Source of the DNA: the human T2T-CHM13v2.0 reference genome, Homo sapiens
Strand: one strand, 5' to 3'
Length of the DNA stretch: 64,000 bases
Assembly: GCF_009914755.1 (NCBI RefSeq)
Contig: NC_060933.1
The notes beneath the pieces are model-generated. The model was not told the origin of the DNA. It worked only from the letters and a program-made list of their open reading frames with translations, and did not search any database. Of the stretch, positions 14,597 through 28,908 are shown piece by piece; position 1 is the stretch's first letter, and the number at the start of each line of letters is the position of its first letter. A program made the translations under genes and the position numbers.

Positions 14597-14734
14597 CTGG
14601 AGCAGGAAGGAAGGACACACAAATGGGCCACTGTTCTTTGGAATCGAGGGCCGCAGGGGATTTTCCTGTCCACTACACTCTGCCAGGATCCCTGGGTTTG
14701 GCTCATAGAGCCTCAGGAACCACCAGCCGTGGTT

Positions 14735-14900
14735 TTTAAGCTAGAGAGACATTGTTTCAAACCTGGCTTTTTCACCAACAAACTATGTGACCCTAGGCAA
14801 ACTTCTTCACTTCTCTGAGCCTTGCTTTCCATAGTTATAAAGGTTGAGTAGGAATCCCTGCTCTTCCTTCTTCACAAGGTTGCCATAGGAAGCAAATCAG
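14735..14900 (+). mobile_element. MIR
   Basis: ctatgtgaccctaggcaaacttcttcacttctctgagccttgctttcc core. Confidence 0.7.
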
Positions 14901-16724
14901 ATGGATAACGGTCATGTCAGAGCAATACAGATAGCTCAGTGGCAGGAAGGGTCAGTGCTGCGGCTTCACACAGGTGAATGTCTGAATCTAGACTCCATCT
15001 CCCACCAGCTGAGCATCCCAAGGACAGTTGCCTACGCTCCCCCAGCCTTGCTTCCTCATCTCTAGAATGAGTTAACTGAAAGATCAAGAGACAGTAGTAG
15101 GCTGTCTTACATCTTGCTGCAAATATAAGATAGCATTATTAAATCAAACATAATGTCTGCATAGTCTGTATTTTCTTCATTTTTCAGAAACACCAGTCTT
15201 TAAATTTCTGAATTTCTATAAGGGAACTGGGACAAAGTAGGTCCTTAACAAATATTTGGTAAATGAGTGAATGAAAATGTACCTTTCTAGGGCTCCTTTA
15301 ATAAGAATTTCAAGGTCAACTGATATATATATATATAATATATATATAATGTGTATATATATACATTTTTTTCTTTGATACACTCAGCTCCTAAATATTT
15401 GAGTCTGCATTATCCTACATTAATTTGAAATAAGCTAATGTGTTAATGCACATATCTTACATGATTCATGAAATACTCTGGTCTGTAAGATCCTTCAGGG
15501 CAGAGGTATTTTCAAAACACGTCTGTAATCCCCATAACACCTGTCATGAGCTTGAAGTTGAGGGTTTGCATTCTCCAGGCCTCCCCTCAATTGTTCTGTG
15601 CCAGAAACCTCTCCTCTGATGGGTAGGCCCTCATCACTTCTCTTGCTTTTCTTCACTTTATACTCTGCTTCATGTTTGGGAGATTGGAAGACACTTTGCT
15701 GAATGCCTGCTGTGTAATCCCTAGAGTCAGGAGGAGTCACCCTTGTTGTATACAGGGTAGAGAGAGGCTTCAAAAAATCAAGAGACCCAGAAACTCAGAG
15801 AGCAAGTGGCAGAGTAATATCTGAGCCTTACTTTTTGTGTGTTTATTTTGCTTGTTTTTGCTTTTTAACTCTAGAGCCTATATTCTTTCAATCCACCTGT
15901 GTGGTTGATGGCTTCTCCTTGGCTATGATCTCATTGAAGGCAAGGATAAATTCTGACAACTATCTGTACAGCATCTAACAAAGATGACAGATGTTAGCTG
16001 TGAATACATTATCTTAGGGGCAAAGGTGGCTGCTGTTAAACACACCTGTTTAGACCAAGAAGAACACTGTTTGCTGAAATGGGTCAGCCATCCTGCTGAC
16101 TGTATTTGATATTAGAAAACTGGCATGTTCTATTTGCAAGACCCTCAGCTCACTATGCTGAAATTCAGCACCTCCACAGAGGTAGGGGGACTGGGTGGAT
16201 AAGAGGACTAAGAGGTGGTGGCCAGGTATGCAGGTGTGGCTGATAGCTCTGTAGCAGGGGCCCAAGCCCTGCCTTGAGTTCAGCAGTGAGCTACTTTGGT
16301 TTCCCCAAGAAAGTTTCTCTGGATGTCATAACATAAAAACAAATGCACAAATCAAGCAAAGCTATAAGTACGTGTATTTATGTGTGTATTTGTGTGTGTG
16401 TGTTTGTGTGTGTGTAGAATCTATTAAATATATGTGTAAATGCATGTGTATACCAGAGGTGATTATGTATATATCACCCTAAAAAACAACAATGAATCTT
16501 TTTTTTCCTCTACAGAACATATGATAGTGATTGCTTTGTGTCACAAAATTATGTGTGACATGATATTATTTGTCTGGGATTTTTTTGTGTTTCAGAAATA
16601 AGAAAAGAAGGAGAGGGAGGGAGTGAGGAAGAGTGAAGAGGAGAGAGGTGATAGAGAGGGAGAGTGAAGAGAGGAAAGGGCTGGGGGCAACACTAATCCT
16701 TGATAAACACAAGGGCTGACCCTC

Positions 16725-16890
16725 TCCTTAACACCTTTACTGAATGTTTTTTTATTTAATCTTTAAGACAAGACTATGTGACAGAAATTAGTTTATGCTG
16801 TATAGATGAGGAAAAGGTAACTCAGAGAAGTAAGTAACTAGCTTGAAGTCACACAGTCAGGATTTAATTCCAGGTCCAGCTGGATTCAAA
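16725..16890 (-). mobile_element. MIR
   Basis: tatagatgaggaaaaggtaactcagagaagtaagtaactagcttgaagtcacacag. Confidence 0.65.
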
Positions 16891-17379
16891 GGGCCAGGAA
16901 GTGGTGGAGCTGTGACTGGGCCCCAGCTCCCCATTTCACAGCCCTTGGTTACTGAACGGCAATTCTCACTGACTAAAGAGAGGGAAGGGGAGGAGGAGGA
17001 AAGATGGTGAGGGTGCATGAAAAGGGAAAAGGAAAGTATTATTTTCAAATTCAGCCTCCAGATGTGCAATGGGTGCATCTTCTCTTCAGAGAAGATTTTC
17101 ATTCTGGCCCATTGATGCCCCTGGGGGAATCTCCTTGCCTGACCATGCCCTCTGTCTTCTCAACTTTGGGCATTTCATTCAGTGAGAGGATAAGGTCTTG
17201 CATGGTTCCTGGGCCTTCATTCCTCATCCCACTCAGTATATCCCGATTATGGTTGTGGGACTCTGTGGTCAGATCCCAGGACCAATACTGACCTAGGAAA
17301 GATGAGGCCTAACCAACCCATCCACCTGCAACTACTAATGCCCCTTCTTCCTTCCTTGTATCCTTTGCCTTGAGAGCCT

Positions 17380-17625
17380 TCCAGTAGTAAATGGCTAAGT
17401 GTTGGCATCAGACTGACATGATTTTATCCAGGTTCTACTGCTTAGACACTCTGTGACCTTGACCAGTTTATTTTATCTTTCTAGATCTTTGGCTTTCTCA
17501 TGGATTAAACAAGGACAAGAGTCATAATGCCACCTCATTGGGTCATGAAGGCTAAATAAGATGCTTGTGGGGTATTTAATATAGTGTAGGGGCACATAGT
17601 ATCATAGGTTGTTAGCTGCTGTTAC
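17380..17625 (+). mobile_element. MIR
   Basis: ctgtgaccttgaccagtttatttta...ctttctcat...gggcacatagta. Confidence 0.6.
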
Positions 17626-20289
17626 TGTCAACAGAATTCAGCAAGTATACATTCTGTGTTGAACGAATAAAGGAATGAATGAAGGAATGAATGACTTGAG
17701 TTTCTGGCCCTATATACCTATTCTGCACAACTTGCCTTGGATCCCCAAATCCTTTTCAATCTGGACCAAATGTTTGATATGTGCTCTTTCATTCACCTTT
17801 ACACCTATCATCATCCTACATTAAGTTGGAAACTCAGGCATAGAGACAAACGTCATTTACTCAAGATAGAGCAGCTGAGATTCAAACTAGCTCCAGCATG
17901 ACTTTAAAACCATGCTCGGAGTGGAGAAGGCACAGGAGCAAAAGCCTACTTAGCCCCTGCTCAGTCTCACTTCTGCCTTATCAAGTTACCTACACAATTT
18001 CAGGCACAGATTTCTCAACATAGGAAACTTCCAGAAGAATGTGGCAGAGGGACCCCCTGGTTTGGGAGGCACTGAGCTTGAGGTTCCCTTTAGTTTATTG
18101 ACCCATTGATTCTTTAGCCCTTGACCTTGCCATTTGATATGAGCCCAAGCCAGTGGCTATGGCTATCCCTTTAGGGCACAGGTTCATTGTCCTCACTCCC
18201 CAGCCTGCCCTGAACTCAGCTTCCATCACCTCCAACTGAGTCACTGACCACGTGGTTTCCGTTACAGATTCAAGTTTTATTGCAAGAACTTGGTCAAAGC
18301 AGATTTCCAGTATTCTGGGGCTCATCGTGCCACTGACTACTGAAACAGACATCCCAGGCTGGGCTTCTAAAGAACTCAGGAGGCATCATCTAAAACATGG
18401 TAGCAGCTTAGGTAACGTTGCAAGCACCAATCTGAACATCCCTCCCTCCCTAGACCCTGAAAAAGTAGTGGAATACATAAAATTGGACACAGTCTCAGAG
18501 CATGTGGGAAAAAGCTTCTAAATTCAAGTTTACTTACTTTCTGACCTTGGCTTGCTCCTATGGACCTTCAGTTTATTAATCAGTAAATCGGAGTTGGCCA
18601 ATACTTGTAATACTATATCACACAGTTAGAACTAGCTAAGACTGGGAGTCAGAAACACAAGGTTGAAATCTAATGCTGCACATATAAGCTGGGCTATCTT
18701 GGACATAGAACTTAATTTCTCTGATTAACAATTTTATTATCTATAAAATCAGGTCATAGACTTCTTTATCAAGGGAAGTGAGATGTGAACTAATGGACAC
18801 GGGATACTTTGCTTAGTGCCTGGCACATGGTAAACCAGTGATAGGAGAAAATCTTCATTCATGGTACCCCCTATAGGCTGCTGTGCAAATCAAATCTGAA
18901 AACAGCTGTGATATCCTGTAAAAACTGAAGAGTGCCGTGCACAAGCAAAGGAGCTCAAGAGAACCATCTGGCTGCTTCTGTCATAGTGAGACATCTCACC
19001 CAAAGAATGCAGATGAGTGACTCAGAATCAAGAAGGAAGTGTAGACTGTGTCCACCTGCACTGGTCCAGGCTTCTGTCCTGGTCCACACCCATAGAATTA
19101 CATACTCCCTTCTTTAACAGCTTCCCACACCAGAGGTAAGCAAACAGAAAGGCAGGAGCAATCGACCAGTGCTCAGCACGGCCAGTGTGTCCAGCCTCTG
19201 AGTCCACACCAGGAGCAAACACAGGCCCAAGCAGTGGAAAAAAATGCTGCACGGCAAAAGGGGAGCTGAGGAGGAAGAAAAAGACCTAGGAAGATGGCTG
19301 TGAATTTTTAGAAAGCAAGTTAAGAAGAGGCGAAATCTCCAAGGGTGACAAGCTGAGACCCTGCTGGCCTCAGGGACGATCTGATGCCAAGTCCGATTTG
19401 GACCGTGCTCACTCCAGGGCAGCCCTAGGCAAACAAGGCTGAGGAAGTCACTGCAAGTTCTAGAAATAATAACATCAGTCTATTAGTTACAGGGTTGCTT
19501 CTGTGAGGTTGTAAGCTGGACAGATCTTGGGGTGATTTGTTTTTACCATCACCTTATGAGAATTTCAAGAAGCTTTCAGGGAGGAAGTGGAGAAGAGATG
19601 TGAGAAAGAAAGTGCACCCCTATCCCTTCTGGAACCTTCCCTATTACAAGTCTCTCTAGGCAGGATCAGCCTGCTTCTCTTGTTCTATTACTGACAGTGA
19701 GTCTCAGATTCCCCATGGGAACAAGACAAGGGTGAGGGTGGGAGGTGTCAAGGGCAGAGTGCTCTGATGGGGAAACCAGGTGCCTGGGGGCATACAGGCC
19801 AGCATGAGAATCCCTGCTTCTCTCCTTGCTGTTGGCTGTGACAAGTTCATTACATTTTACTTCCTTGGACTGCAATAGGCTCCCTTTAAAATGAGGCTGA
19901 TAGTTCACAGTGTGAAGAGTTATGCTAAGGATTAAACAAGACATTCAAAGGTCTGGATAAAGGATCTGGCACCACAAAAGTCAACAAATACTAGCATCAT
20001 TCCTTCAGCTTCCCTATTTGTCTATCACAAACCAAATCCTTTCACCCCAGTTCCCCTTGCTTAAACTCCTCTCCTGGCTTCCTGGGGTCCTTAAAATAAT
20101 GTCCAGGTTCCCTAGCCTGGTACACAAAACCCCTCATGACTGGGTCCCTGCTCATTCCCCAGCTCCCCACAAGCCTCACCTGTCCTACTTGTCCTGGAGT
20201 CACCCTGGGCAGTTGGCATCCTCCAAAGTGTGATGCTCCCTCTTCTGCACTCTCTATCCCCTCAGCCTGAAGCACCCTCTCACTCACTC

Positions 20290-20687
20290 GACCTGGAATC
20301 TCAGAAGGTGACTTCAGTTGGAAATAGGATATTTGCAGAGGTAATTAGTTAAGATGAAGTCATATTGGATTAAAGTGGGCCCTAAATCCAATGACTGGTA
20401 TCCTCATAAGAACAGGAGTGGACACACAGGGAAGAAGCTCACATGAAGATGAAGACAGAGATCCAAGTGATGCATCTACAAGCCAAGGAATGCCGATGGT
20501 CATCAGCAACCATGAGAAACTGGTAGAAAGGCATGGGACAGATTCTCCCTCAGAGCCTCCGGGAGGAGGCTTGCTGACATCATGATTTTGGACTTCTGGC
20601 CTCCTGAACCATGAAAGAATAAATTTCTCATGTTTTAAGCCACTCAGTGTGCAGTAATTTAAATGGAAGCCCCAAGAAACTAAGGCA
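20290..20687 (+). mobile_element. MLT1C-like MaLR LTR (inside an L2 remnant)
   Basis: ggaaataggatatttgcagaggtaattagttaagatgaagtcatattggattaaagtgggccctaaatccaatgactgg...gaataaatttctcatgttttaagccac...aagaaactaaggca. Confidence 0.85.
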
Positions 20688-23081
20688 CTGCCCTTGACCT
20701 CTTGATCTCAGCCCATTCAGCTGTCTAAGCTTGGAGATCACTTCCCCAGGGAACATCTCTGCATTTTCAGGTTGAGGTGAGGCTTTCATGGCTCCAGTCC
20801 TCTGGCTGTTGTTATCCAATCATCTGTTTGACCATTTTCCCATTCAAGGTCTTGAGTTGCCATTTACCTCTACCATTTATCCAGCCTTAGTTCCAGTGCT
20901 TAGCCCAGGGAAGGTGCTTAATAAACACATCCAGAAGCTGACAATCTTCACCAGACTTTCCAGAGGAATGCAAATGCAAGTACTTGTTTTAGCTCTGATC
21001 CCAGCATCAACAAGGCACCTGACCAAACCTCGTATGCCCCTTTGCTGCTTTTACTTTCTCCAATGCCAGTGCCTTCAGCTGGTTTTCTTACGTACACAAC
21101 CTCAAAAACAGAAAAATACACAGAGAGATAAAAAGTATAAAGCACTTCAAACCACCCCACCAAGAGAGCCTTCTGAAAAGTCAAACTCAGTACACTGTTT
21201 GGCCTGGCCTCATTTTAATCTATTTTTCATGTTAAAATATCAAGGCATGAAAGAAGGAAGCAGAGAAAGGAAAGAAAGGGATAATATGAAAAATGCTTTA
21301 TTTGACAATGTGTCATTCGGAAACTGATTATTTCTGTCTCTGGCCTTTTTAATATTCCCTCACTATGGCCAAGCCACCAGGGGATTTGGTATTCTAAGAC
21401 TGGATTTATAATACTCTGTTCTGCAGTGATAAGAACACAGGCCTTTAATCCTCAGAGCTGTGAACATGCATATTCTCTCAAGTAATGTCCTTCTCTTCTC
21501 GTCACTTGTTTCTGGTCCCTGGCAGCCACGATGCCATGATGGCTGAGAACTGGTGATCCACTGGGCCTTCTCTTGGCCACTTGCCTAATGACAGATCTAG
21601 TGGGGAAGGGGGCCCGGGATCCAAGTGATCCGAGACGTCTCCTTTCAGGCCCCAGTCTATGTTTAAGCTGGAAGAATTATTAGAAAATAGTCTAAGTCTT
21701 TAGTGTTAGAAGAAAAAAAAAAAAGAAAAAGAAACTGAGACTCAAAGAATGAAAGTGACTTGACCAACATCACAAACCATCCTAAAATAGTTCTGGAGAC
21801 AGAATATGCAGCCGACTCCCTCCAAAGCTGCTAAGGAAACGTGAATTGTGACAATTTGATCTACAAAATAGCTTCTATAACTTTCCATTTCTCTCTACTC
21901 TATGACTGTCCTATGCCCTAGTTTTCATGGATTTTCATCATGATAATTTTAATACATGCTGAATGATCTTCCAGGCTTTATTCCTCCTTTCCCACTATGC
22001 TCAATCCATCTTACTTACCGTAACTAAGGCACACATGGAAACTGATCCCTTCCCCATTGACTAAGCTAAGAATCCTGTAGTTTGACAGTTCAAGTCCTCA
22101 TCATCTATCTTTGTGGATAACCTTGTCTCGAACGTATGCTTTTGAAATGCCCTTCTTCAAATGTGTGCTTTGGCCGTCCATGCAACCACCCCTACTAAGC
22201 TCTTGCTACAGAGAAGGCATGGTGCCAAGTATCCAACCACAGTGAAACTCTCTGCTCCCAGTAAGCTGGGGAGCAGAGACTGGGGCCTGAAAGGAGACTT
22301 GTCAGAGTACGTGGAGCCTGAGCCTCCTTTCCCACTAGCTCTGTCATTAAGTGAGTGGCGAAGAGAAGGCCCAGTGGATCACCAGTTCTCACCATGATGG
22401 CACTGTGGCTGCCAGGGACCAAACTCTCAGTCCTGAGGTGTTTTTGTAGAAGCCATTTACTTTACCTGGAATGATGCCCTCATTCTTATTCCTCACCCTT
22501 ATGTCTACACATCCAAATACCACCCATACTTCACTGTTAACTTCAATGCATCTACTTTATGAACTCCTAGGCTTTTCCCTTCCCCAGGTGCAGCCAGAAG
22601 GAATTTCTTTATCCTCTGCACTCCCACAGCGCTTCGCCTTAACCCTCACTTAAGGATCTTCAGCATTTCCTACCTTGTATTAGAGTTGTTGATGCTCTTT
22701 ACTTAGCTGCCCTACAGGTTAGATTATTATGCCCAGTGTACAGATGAAAAAAAAAAGGAGACTCAGAAGAGAAACTGCTTAAAACCATATAACCAAGTAG
22801 AAAACATATATGATAAGATTTTCCACTGGGGGCAATTCCCAATAAACCATGGGTTCACTATCTCAGAAGGGAGCAGCTGGAGAATAAGATAATAAGAAAG
22901 TTCAGAACATATTGCAAAAGGCATAAGGATCTAAAGACTTTTAGACACTGAGGATCTAAAATTTTTTTATGCCGTAGGGTGGCAAAATCAGCTGTATACC
23001 TTGGAAAGATCATAGTGGGCATGATGGGGAGATTGAAAACAGGGATACCATTGAGGTAGATTTTAACAAGGGTCTAGGATG

Positions 23082-23290
23082 GCAGTTCTCAACTGGTGGC
23101 AATTTTGCCCCCCAAGAGGCATTTGGTAATAGAGACATTTTTGGTTGTCACAACTTAGGGGAGAGAGTACTGGCATCTAGTGGGCAGAAGCCAGGGAATC
23201 TGTAAACATCTCGCATACACAGGACAGCCACATACAACAAAGAATTAACTGGTCCCAAATGTCAATAGCGCAGAGTTTGAGAGTCCCTAG
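23082..23290 (+). mobile_element. MER20 (hAT-Charlie)
   Basis: cagttctcaactgg...gcaattttgccccc...gagacatttttggttgtcacaac...ctggcatctagtggg...cccaaatgtcaatag...ttgagagtccct. Confidence 0.85.
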
Positions 23291-25297
23291 TCTAAGAGAG
23301 ATGATGAGACCAGAACTAAGAGAGTTAAAGTGGTGGGTCAGCTAACAGGATAGGAAGACTTGTGTCTATTGGTGGGGAAGGGGGTGTCAACAATGACACT
23401 GAGGTCTCGATTCTGTCACTGGATTAGGGAGGGACCTATCTATCTACGTCTTATTTTTTCTTGGGTAATCTTCCAGAAAGTTATACAAGATACCAGCATG
23501 TAATCAAATGAAGAGATACATTTACATGTGTGAACAATAAGGGAAGAAAAAGGCACAACAAATAAGAATTTGCATGTATACATGTATGTGATTATGTATG
23601 TATTCACATTTGTAAAAATATACTCACACCTATGTTAATACATCTATAGTTAGCCATATTTATCTATATTTCTTTTTTGCCTCTAGACAGATATACGGTG
23701 ACCTATTTAAGAAGTCCCATTATAGAAAAAGAAACATGTTTCTCTTTAAAATAAATCATCTACTTACCATGTATCTATTAGAGATACTATTTTACTTCCA
23801 AAGATAATGCCAAAGGAGTAAAGTAAAAACACATTGGTTCTTTGGAATGCATTCACCTTCCACCCACTACCCCCCAGCTCAATCTTCCTTAATCATCTTT
23901 AGATCAGATTAGAACAGGGTCAAAATCCTGGGAGAACATACTGAATTCTATAAAAATTTATCAAGGAGAAAGCTAAGGAATGCTTGGAGACACCAGCGTT
24001 TTCCCGTAAGTTAGACAGACATAGGTTCGTCTATTGACATTTTTGTTAGTACAGTCATGACTCAAATCTATGTCTGTTTGACTTATATGGCTTTGGATAA
24101 GTCACTTGAGTTTCTTCAGTTCTCTCATCTGTGAATTGGGTTACTAACACCTAAGTGGGAGAATCTGTGGAGGATTAAATGCGATTGCAGTGTATAACAC
24201 AGTTAGCTAATAGCTTGCAAGTAGTGGATCTTTATTATTGATTTAAGACCTTGTTTCCTAAAAAAAAATTTGATACAAAGTAGTGGTGAAACCACTACTT
24301 CCCCTCCACTATACAATCAGATATTCTCTATACAGTTTCCCAGCTGCATTCCTCCCATAGGCTCCAAACGGTGATTGTGATCCCTTCCCCTCTTTGGGGT
24401 AAGTAGGTGGGATTGGATGGTTTCTGACAGCCATCCCAGCTCTAATATTCTAGAAAATTAAAAAAGCAAAGGCAAACTGGAAAGCGTTTTGGAAGAGATG
24501 AAATACATACATTCTTATGACATCTTGCCTGGTATTACAGGTGTAAATGCATACATTAAAACAGTTAACCACACTGTATCCTTCACACCATTTCACGTTT
24601 CTGTGCTTTTGCTCATGCTCCCTCTATCTGAAATACCCTTCCCTCACTTCTTTGTCGAGTCCTTTAAGCCTCAGCTTGTGGGTCATGAGTTCTCTGAAAC
24701 CTGCTTTTTCTGACTGGGTTAAGTACCACCTGTTAGGTCTTGCAGTGACTCATGCTTTTGTCTGCCAGAGCATGCCGCAGATTGCATCATAGTTTGACCC
24801 CCTCCCATCACCCTAGTGCCCATTGAGGGTGTTCTTAATCATCTCTGTTTTCCCAGGATCCAGCTCAGGGTCTGACACTGAGTAGCCCTCATTATGTATT
24901 TATTGTATTTCTACACTGAGAGGCAATGAAAGGAAGGGCAGGGTTTTATTTATTTCTGGTTGAATTTGAATGGTACACAGCACATAGTAGTAGATCTTCA
25001 ATTACTTGTTGAAAGAAAGGACGAATAAATCCATCATAAATGCCTCTCTAAGGGCAGGTGACCAAAATACACCTACATCTGTCTGGCAGTCCTCCATCTG
25101 TCTGTAAGAGAGGGCTGAAGGTAATTCGCATGAGCCATTTAACACAAGTCAGCATCCCACTACATGTCCTCAGGTGGCCTCTCAAGTTCTGTCGCAAATC
25201 CCACTCTGAAGGACGGGTGAATGGAGAAGGTAGGGGAAAACATCTTTAGGAGGATTGAGTTTCTTCCCACTCTTTGAGTCATGAAAATATACAGATG

Positions 25298-25393
25298 GGC
25301 CAGGCACGGTGGCTCACGCCTGTAATCCCAGCACTTTGGGAGGCCGAGGCGGGTGGATCATGAGGTTAGGAGTCCAAGACCAGCCTGGCCAAG
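25298..25393 (+). mobile_element. AluS (Sg/Sc-type) 5' fragment, 3'-truncated
   Basis: ggccaggcacggtggctcacgcctgtaatcccagcactttgggaggccgaggcgggtggatcatgagg...gaccagcctggccaag, followed by (TA)n. Confidence 0.9.
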
Positions 25394-25396
25394 CTG

Positions 25397-25400
<4 letters not shown>

Positions 25401-25436
<36 letters not shown>
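25401..25436. repeat. (TA)18 microsatellite
   Basis: Perfect TA run. Confidence 0.95.
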
Positions 25437-25442
<6 letters not shown>

Positions 25443-25514
25443 TGAACCCAAGTGGCCAGAGAGGAGCTTTGCCCTCATTCATTGATTTATTTATTCCCCA
25501 GGGTAAGGTCATAC

Positions 25515-25745
25515 CTGGAAGCAGGCAGACCTAAGTTCCCATTTTTACTCTGCCACCTACCAGTAATGGGACCTTGGGACATTCTCTCTGTGATGCTCAG
25601 TTTTCACAGCTCTAATACAGGAATAATGCCATTCACCAAAAAGGCTGTTGTGAAGATCGGATAAGGTGATATGTATAAAATATGTCACACAGCCCTTGAC
25701 CTGCATAAAACATTCAATACGTGGTAGTCATTGGCTTAACTCTTA
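25515..25745 (+). mobile_element. MIR
   Basis: ctctgccacctaccag...gaccttgggac...ctcagttttcac...gctgttgtgaagatc. Confidence 0.65.
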
Positions 25746-26087
25746 CTACTATTATTGTAATTTTCTGACCCTGTAGCAAACCTTCTGCCTCGATTTAGAA
25801 ATACACAGGTATGCCCTTGAAGAACTCACAGTTGGTTTGTGGCAACAGGTAAGTAAGCAGGCAGTTATCACAATGCATAGTTCAGCAAGCTCCATGTAAG
25901 AGGGAAACATGGTAAGGGGCAAAGAGTTTCTCACAGCTTCCAAGTGTAAAACGTAGAGAAAGTGAGGATAAAAAAGATTTTTCTTGCAATGCCAATTACA
26001 GTCAAGTTCAAAGGTGTGAAGAACATGCCCATCCAATCAAGTACACTCTTGCCCAAAATGTGACAGAAGACTGGATAATCACCTAAA

Positions 26088-26325
26088 CTGTGTAGTGGTT
26101 AATGGTGCAGGCTCTGGAGTTGATGGCCTTGGGTTTGAGTACCTGTGCTGTCATTTACCAGCTATGGAACCTTGGATAGGCTACTAAATTTCTCTGACCC
26201 TCATCTTTCTCATCTTAATGAGACTAACATTTCACCACTGAAATAGACTATTGTGAAAATTAAACAAGTGAATGCAAAAAGGAATCCAACCGTGTCTAGA
26301 ATACAGTCAATGCTCAACAAAAGAT
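26088..26325 (+). mobile_element. MIR (near full length)
   Basis: gtgtagtggttaatggtgcaggctctggagtt...gggtttgagt...tgtctagaatacagtcaatgctcaacaaa. Confidence 0.8.
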
Positions 26326-27324
26326 GATTTAAAAAATTCTGGCAGAGGAAAAACATATTGAGAAAGAAACCAGGCAACTTAAATCCCAGTCCTTACCTTA
26401 CCCCCTTATAAAGTAAAAGAAGTTTGCAGAAAGCTCACAGGTCCTCATAAAGCGGGGTTGTTTGTTTGTTTGTTTGTTTGTTTTTTAACAGGGTGGCCAT
26501 AGCAAGCAAATGAACTAGGCATTTCTAACTTCATTAACAGATGACAAAAGTGAGCCTTTCAAGAGGGGTTTTGCCCTTCAAGGCTGAAAAGTCAGTGACA
26601 GGACACACATTTGGCTCCAGAATCCTGTTTGTCTGCTGCATGCTGCTACAATCATCTTGAAATGTTCGGTGTGTCTGGAGAGTCGGCAGAATGAAGAGCC
26701 TTCATCCTTTGCTCAGTACATTATTCCCTGGGAATGTGTTGCAGATTCACAGGGCTGATGTGAGATCCCTAATATTGTGCCAACCTTAAAATACTGTGCC
26801 AACAACAAAGCCTTCTGAGGTCAGAAGTAGGGAAAAGAGAGGAAGGTGGAGGCCAGTGAGAGCCTGGTCAACACTAATACATGAAAAATAAGTTTCATAT
26901 GGGGAGGGAGCTTCTGAAGGGAGCTGGCAGCATAGTGGGTCTGATGCTGGCTTCTTTAGAAATCATGGGTGGGGGTTAGGGGAGTTGGTGTGGGTGAGGG
27001 TCATGGTCAGGGATTGCTGATCTATCACCAAGACAGAGTCACGTTGGTGAAGGCTTCCCTTTGCACCTGCTCTACCACAGTGCTCTTCACCTTTGTCTCC
27101 ATCACCAGATCTCTATTTCCTTTCCTTGCTTTAACTTTATGTCACTTATCTCTCACTTTTATTATATTACACACTAATTTGTTAACTTTGTTCATGGCCT
27201 TAATAGAATGGAGCTTCCATAATGTAGGGCCTTTTGTTTTGTTCATTACTGTCTTCAGCACCAAGAACAGCACTTAGTGTTTTGTCAATGCTTAGTAATT
27301 CTTTTTGGAGTGTATGAATAGATT

Positions 27325-27405
27325 AATGGATGCAGGGATGGGTGGATGGATGGATGGATGAATGGATTACTGGATGGATGAATACATGAGTAAATAGATA
27401 GATGT
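27325..27405. repeat. (TGGA)n-rich simple repeat at an L2 3' tail
   Basis: ggatgggtggatggatggatggatgaatggat. Confidence 0.8.
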
Positions 27406-28598
27406 CTCTCAGAATGGTTTAGTAGCTCCTCAAGGACAATAACTAGATATGAATTATTTATTAGCCTATACCCGAGGACCGAAAAGGCTGGAAGATATGT
27501 AGTGAATAAAGAAAACATTGCTGTTAGTTCCCTTTTGGTGCCCAGGTAAGGGGTACTGGGTATAGGGATAATGAAGACACAAATGTGATAACTAACTGTT
27601 AACTCCTCTCTCTCTACTGTTGGACCAAAGAGGAAGAGGTGGTCTGAATTCCAAGCTTGTTTAGTCATTTATTTATTTATAAATACTTAGGGAGATACTG
27701 AGCCAGAAAGTAAAGGGGTGAAAGGGATGTCAGATGCAACTCTTCAAGCACAATCACTTTACACAGAAAGCAACCTGATAGCTGTATCTATTTGTTATTA
27801 CTATTACTATATCTAGATGGAAATCATAGGACTTTAGTGAAAGAGGGTGTCAATAATGTGGCTCAAAAAACACTGGATTTGGGTTCAAATTCTGACTGGG
27901 TGATTAGATGTACATTCCTTGGCTAGCCATGTTACCTTTTTCAGCCTCAGTTTCCCCAGGTTTAAAATGATCAACAATAACAGGTGCCTTTTCCTCTTTA
28001 TGTAAGGACTTCATTGATAATCATGTTTTTAAAAGAACTATATATGTTATAGAGTAATTTACACCCATCAGAACTTTGTATATAGGTGTTTGTTAAAGAG
28101 AGGGACTCCAAAAACCACAGGTAACTCAAGCAGAGTAACTTAGGCGCAAAAGAAACAAAGCTGCAAATCTGCCAGCTTTCCAATACTTCTGATACTTCTG
28201 TCATCTATCCATCAACCTTTTTCAAAACCTATTACAAGTCACACAATAGGGGTCTCTTAGAGGCATTGTTTTGCTGCCATTTTACAGCATTGATGCTGTA
28301 GCTGCCAATTGTCTTGACGGCATGTTGTGATGGTCTCAGGATCTCCCCTACCGGGCTAGATCAAGAAAACCCCTGGAAAGTTAGTTACTAGGGGCAGAGA
28401 GTCAAGCATAAGATGCCCATCAATGAGAAGGGAAAAGAGAGAGGAGTCAATGGGAGGTGCTCTGTGGCATGATAGGAACAGGAATTAAAAGCTGGCCAGT
28501 GTCCTTGATGTACCCACCAGGGCTGAGCTGGTATGATTCATTCTTTCTCTTCACCTTGCTGCCCTTTGTCTCCTGAGTATTTAAAGACGTGGAGTTCA

Positions 28599-28908
28599 GG
28601 CCAGTCTTGGTGGCTCATGCCTGTAATCCCAGCACTTTAGGAGGCCGAGGCGGGTGGATCACCTGAGGTCAGGAGTTCAAGACCAGCCTGGCCAACATGG
28701 CAAAACCCCATCTCTACTAAAAATACAAAAATTAGCCAGGCATGGTGGCACGTGCCTATATTAGGGGGGCTGAGGCAGGAGGATCCTTGAACCCGGGAGG
28801 TGGAGGTTAAAGTGAGCTGAGATGGTGCCACTGCACTCCAGCCTGGGCAACAGAGTGAGACTCCATTTCAAAAAACAAAACAAAACAAAACAAAACAAAC
28901 AAAAAAAA
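28599..28908 (+). mobile_element. AluSx-like, (AAAAC)n tail
   Basis: Dimeric Alu; degenerate TSD aaagacgtggagttca / aaaccatgaagttca. Confidence 0.92.

Noticed and set aside
14597-14620. N-terminal MCPSFLLQ of the 150-aa ORF as a real start
   Set aside because: It is the intronic polypyrimidine tract and acceptor; the start codon is non-ATG.
14272-14818. Overlapping ORFs (144 aa minus with poly-Cys; 116 aa plus with poly-Gln)
   Set aside because: Alternative-frame and antisense shadows of the GC-rich ASTN2 exon and its CTG repeat; no independent support.
20788-21327. 179-aa plus-strand ORF
   Set aside because: Begins in L2-derived sequence, has no recognisable domain and is antisense intronic; consistent with chance.
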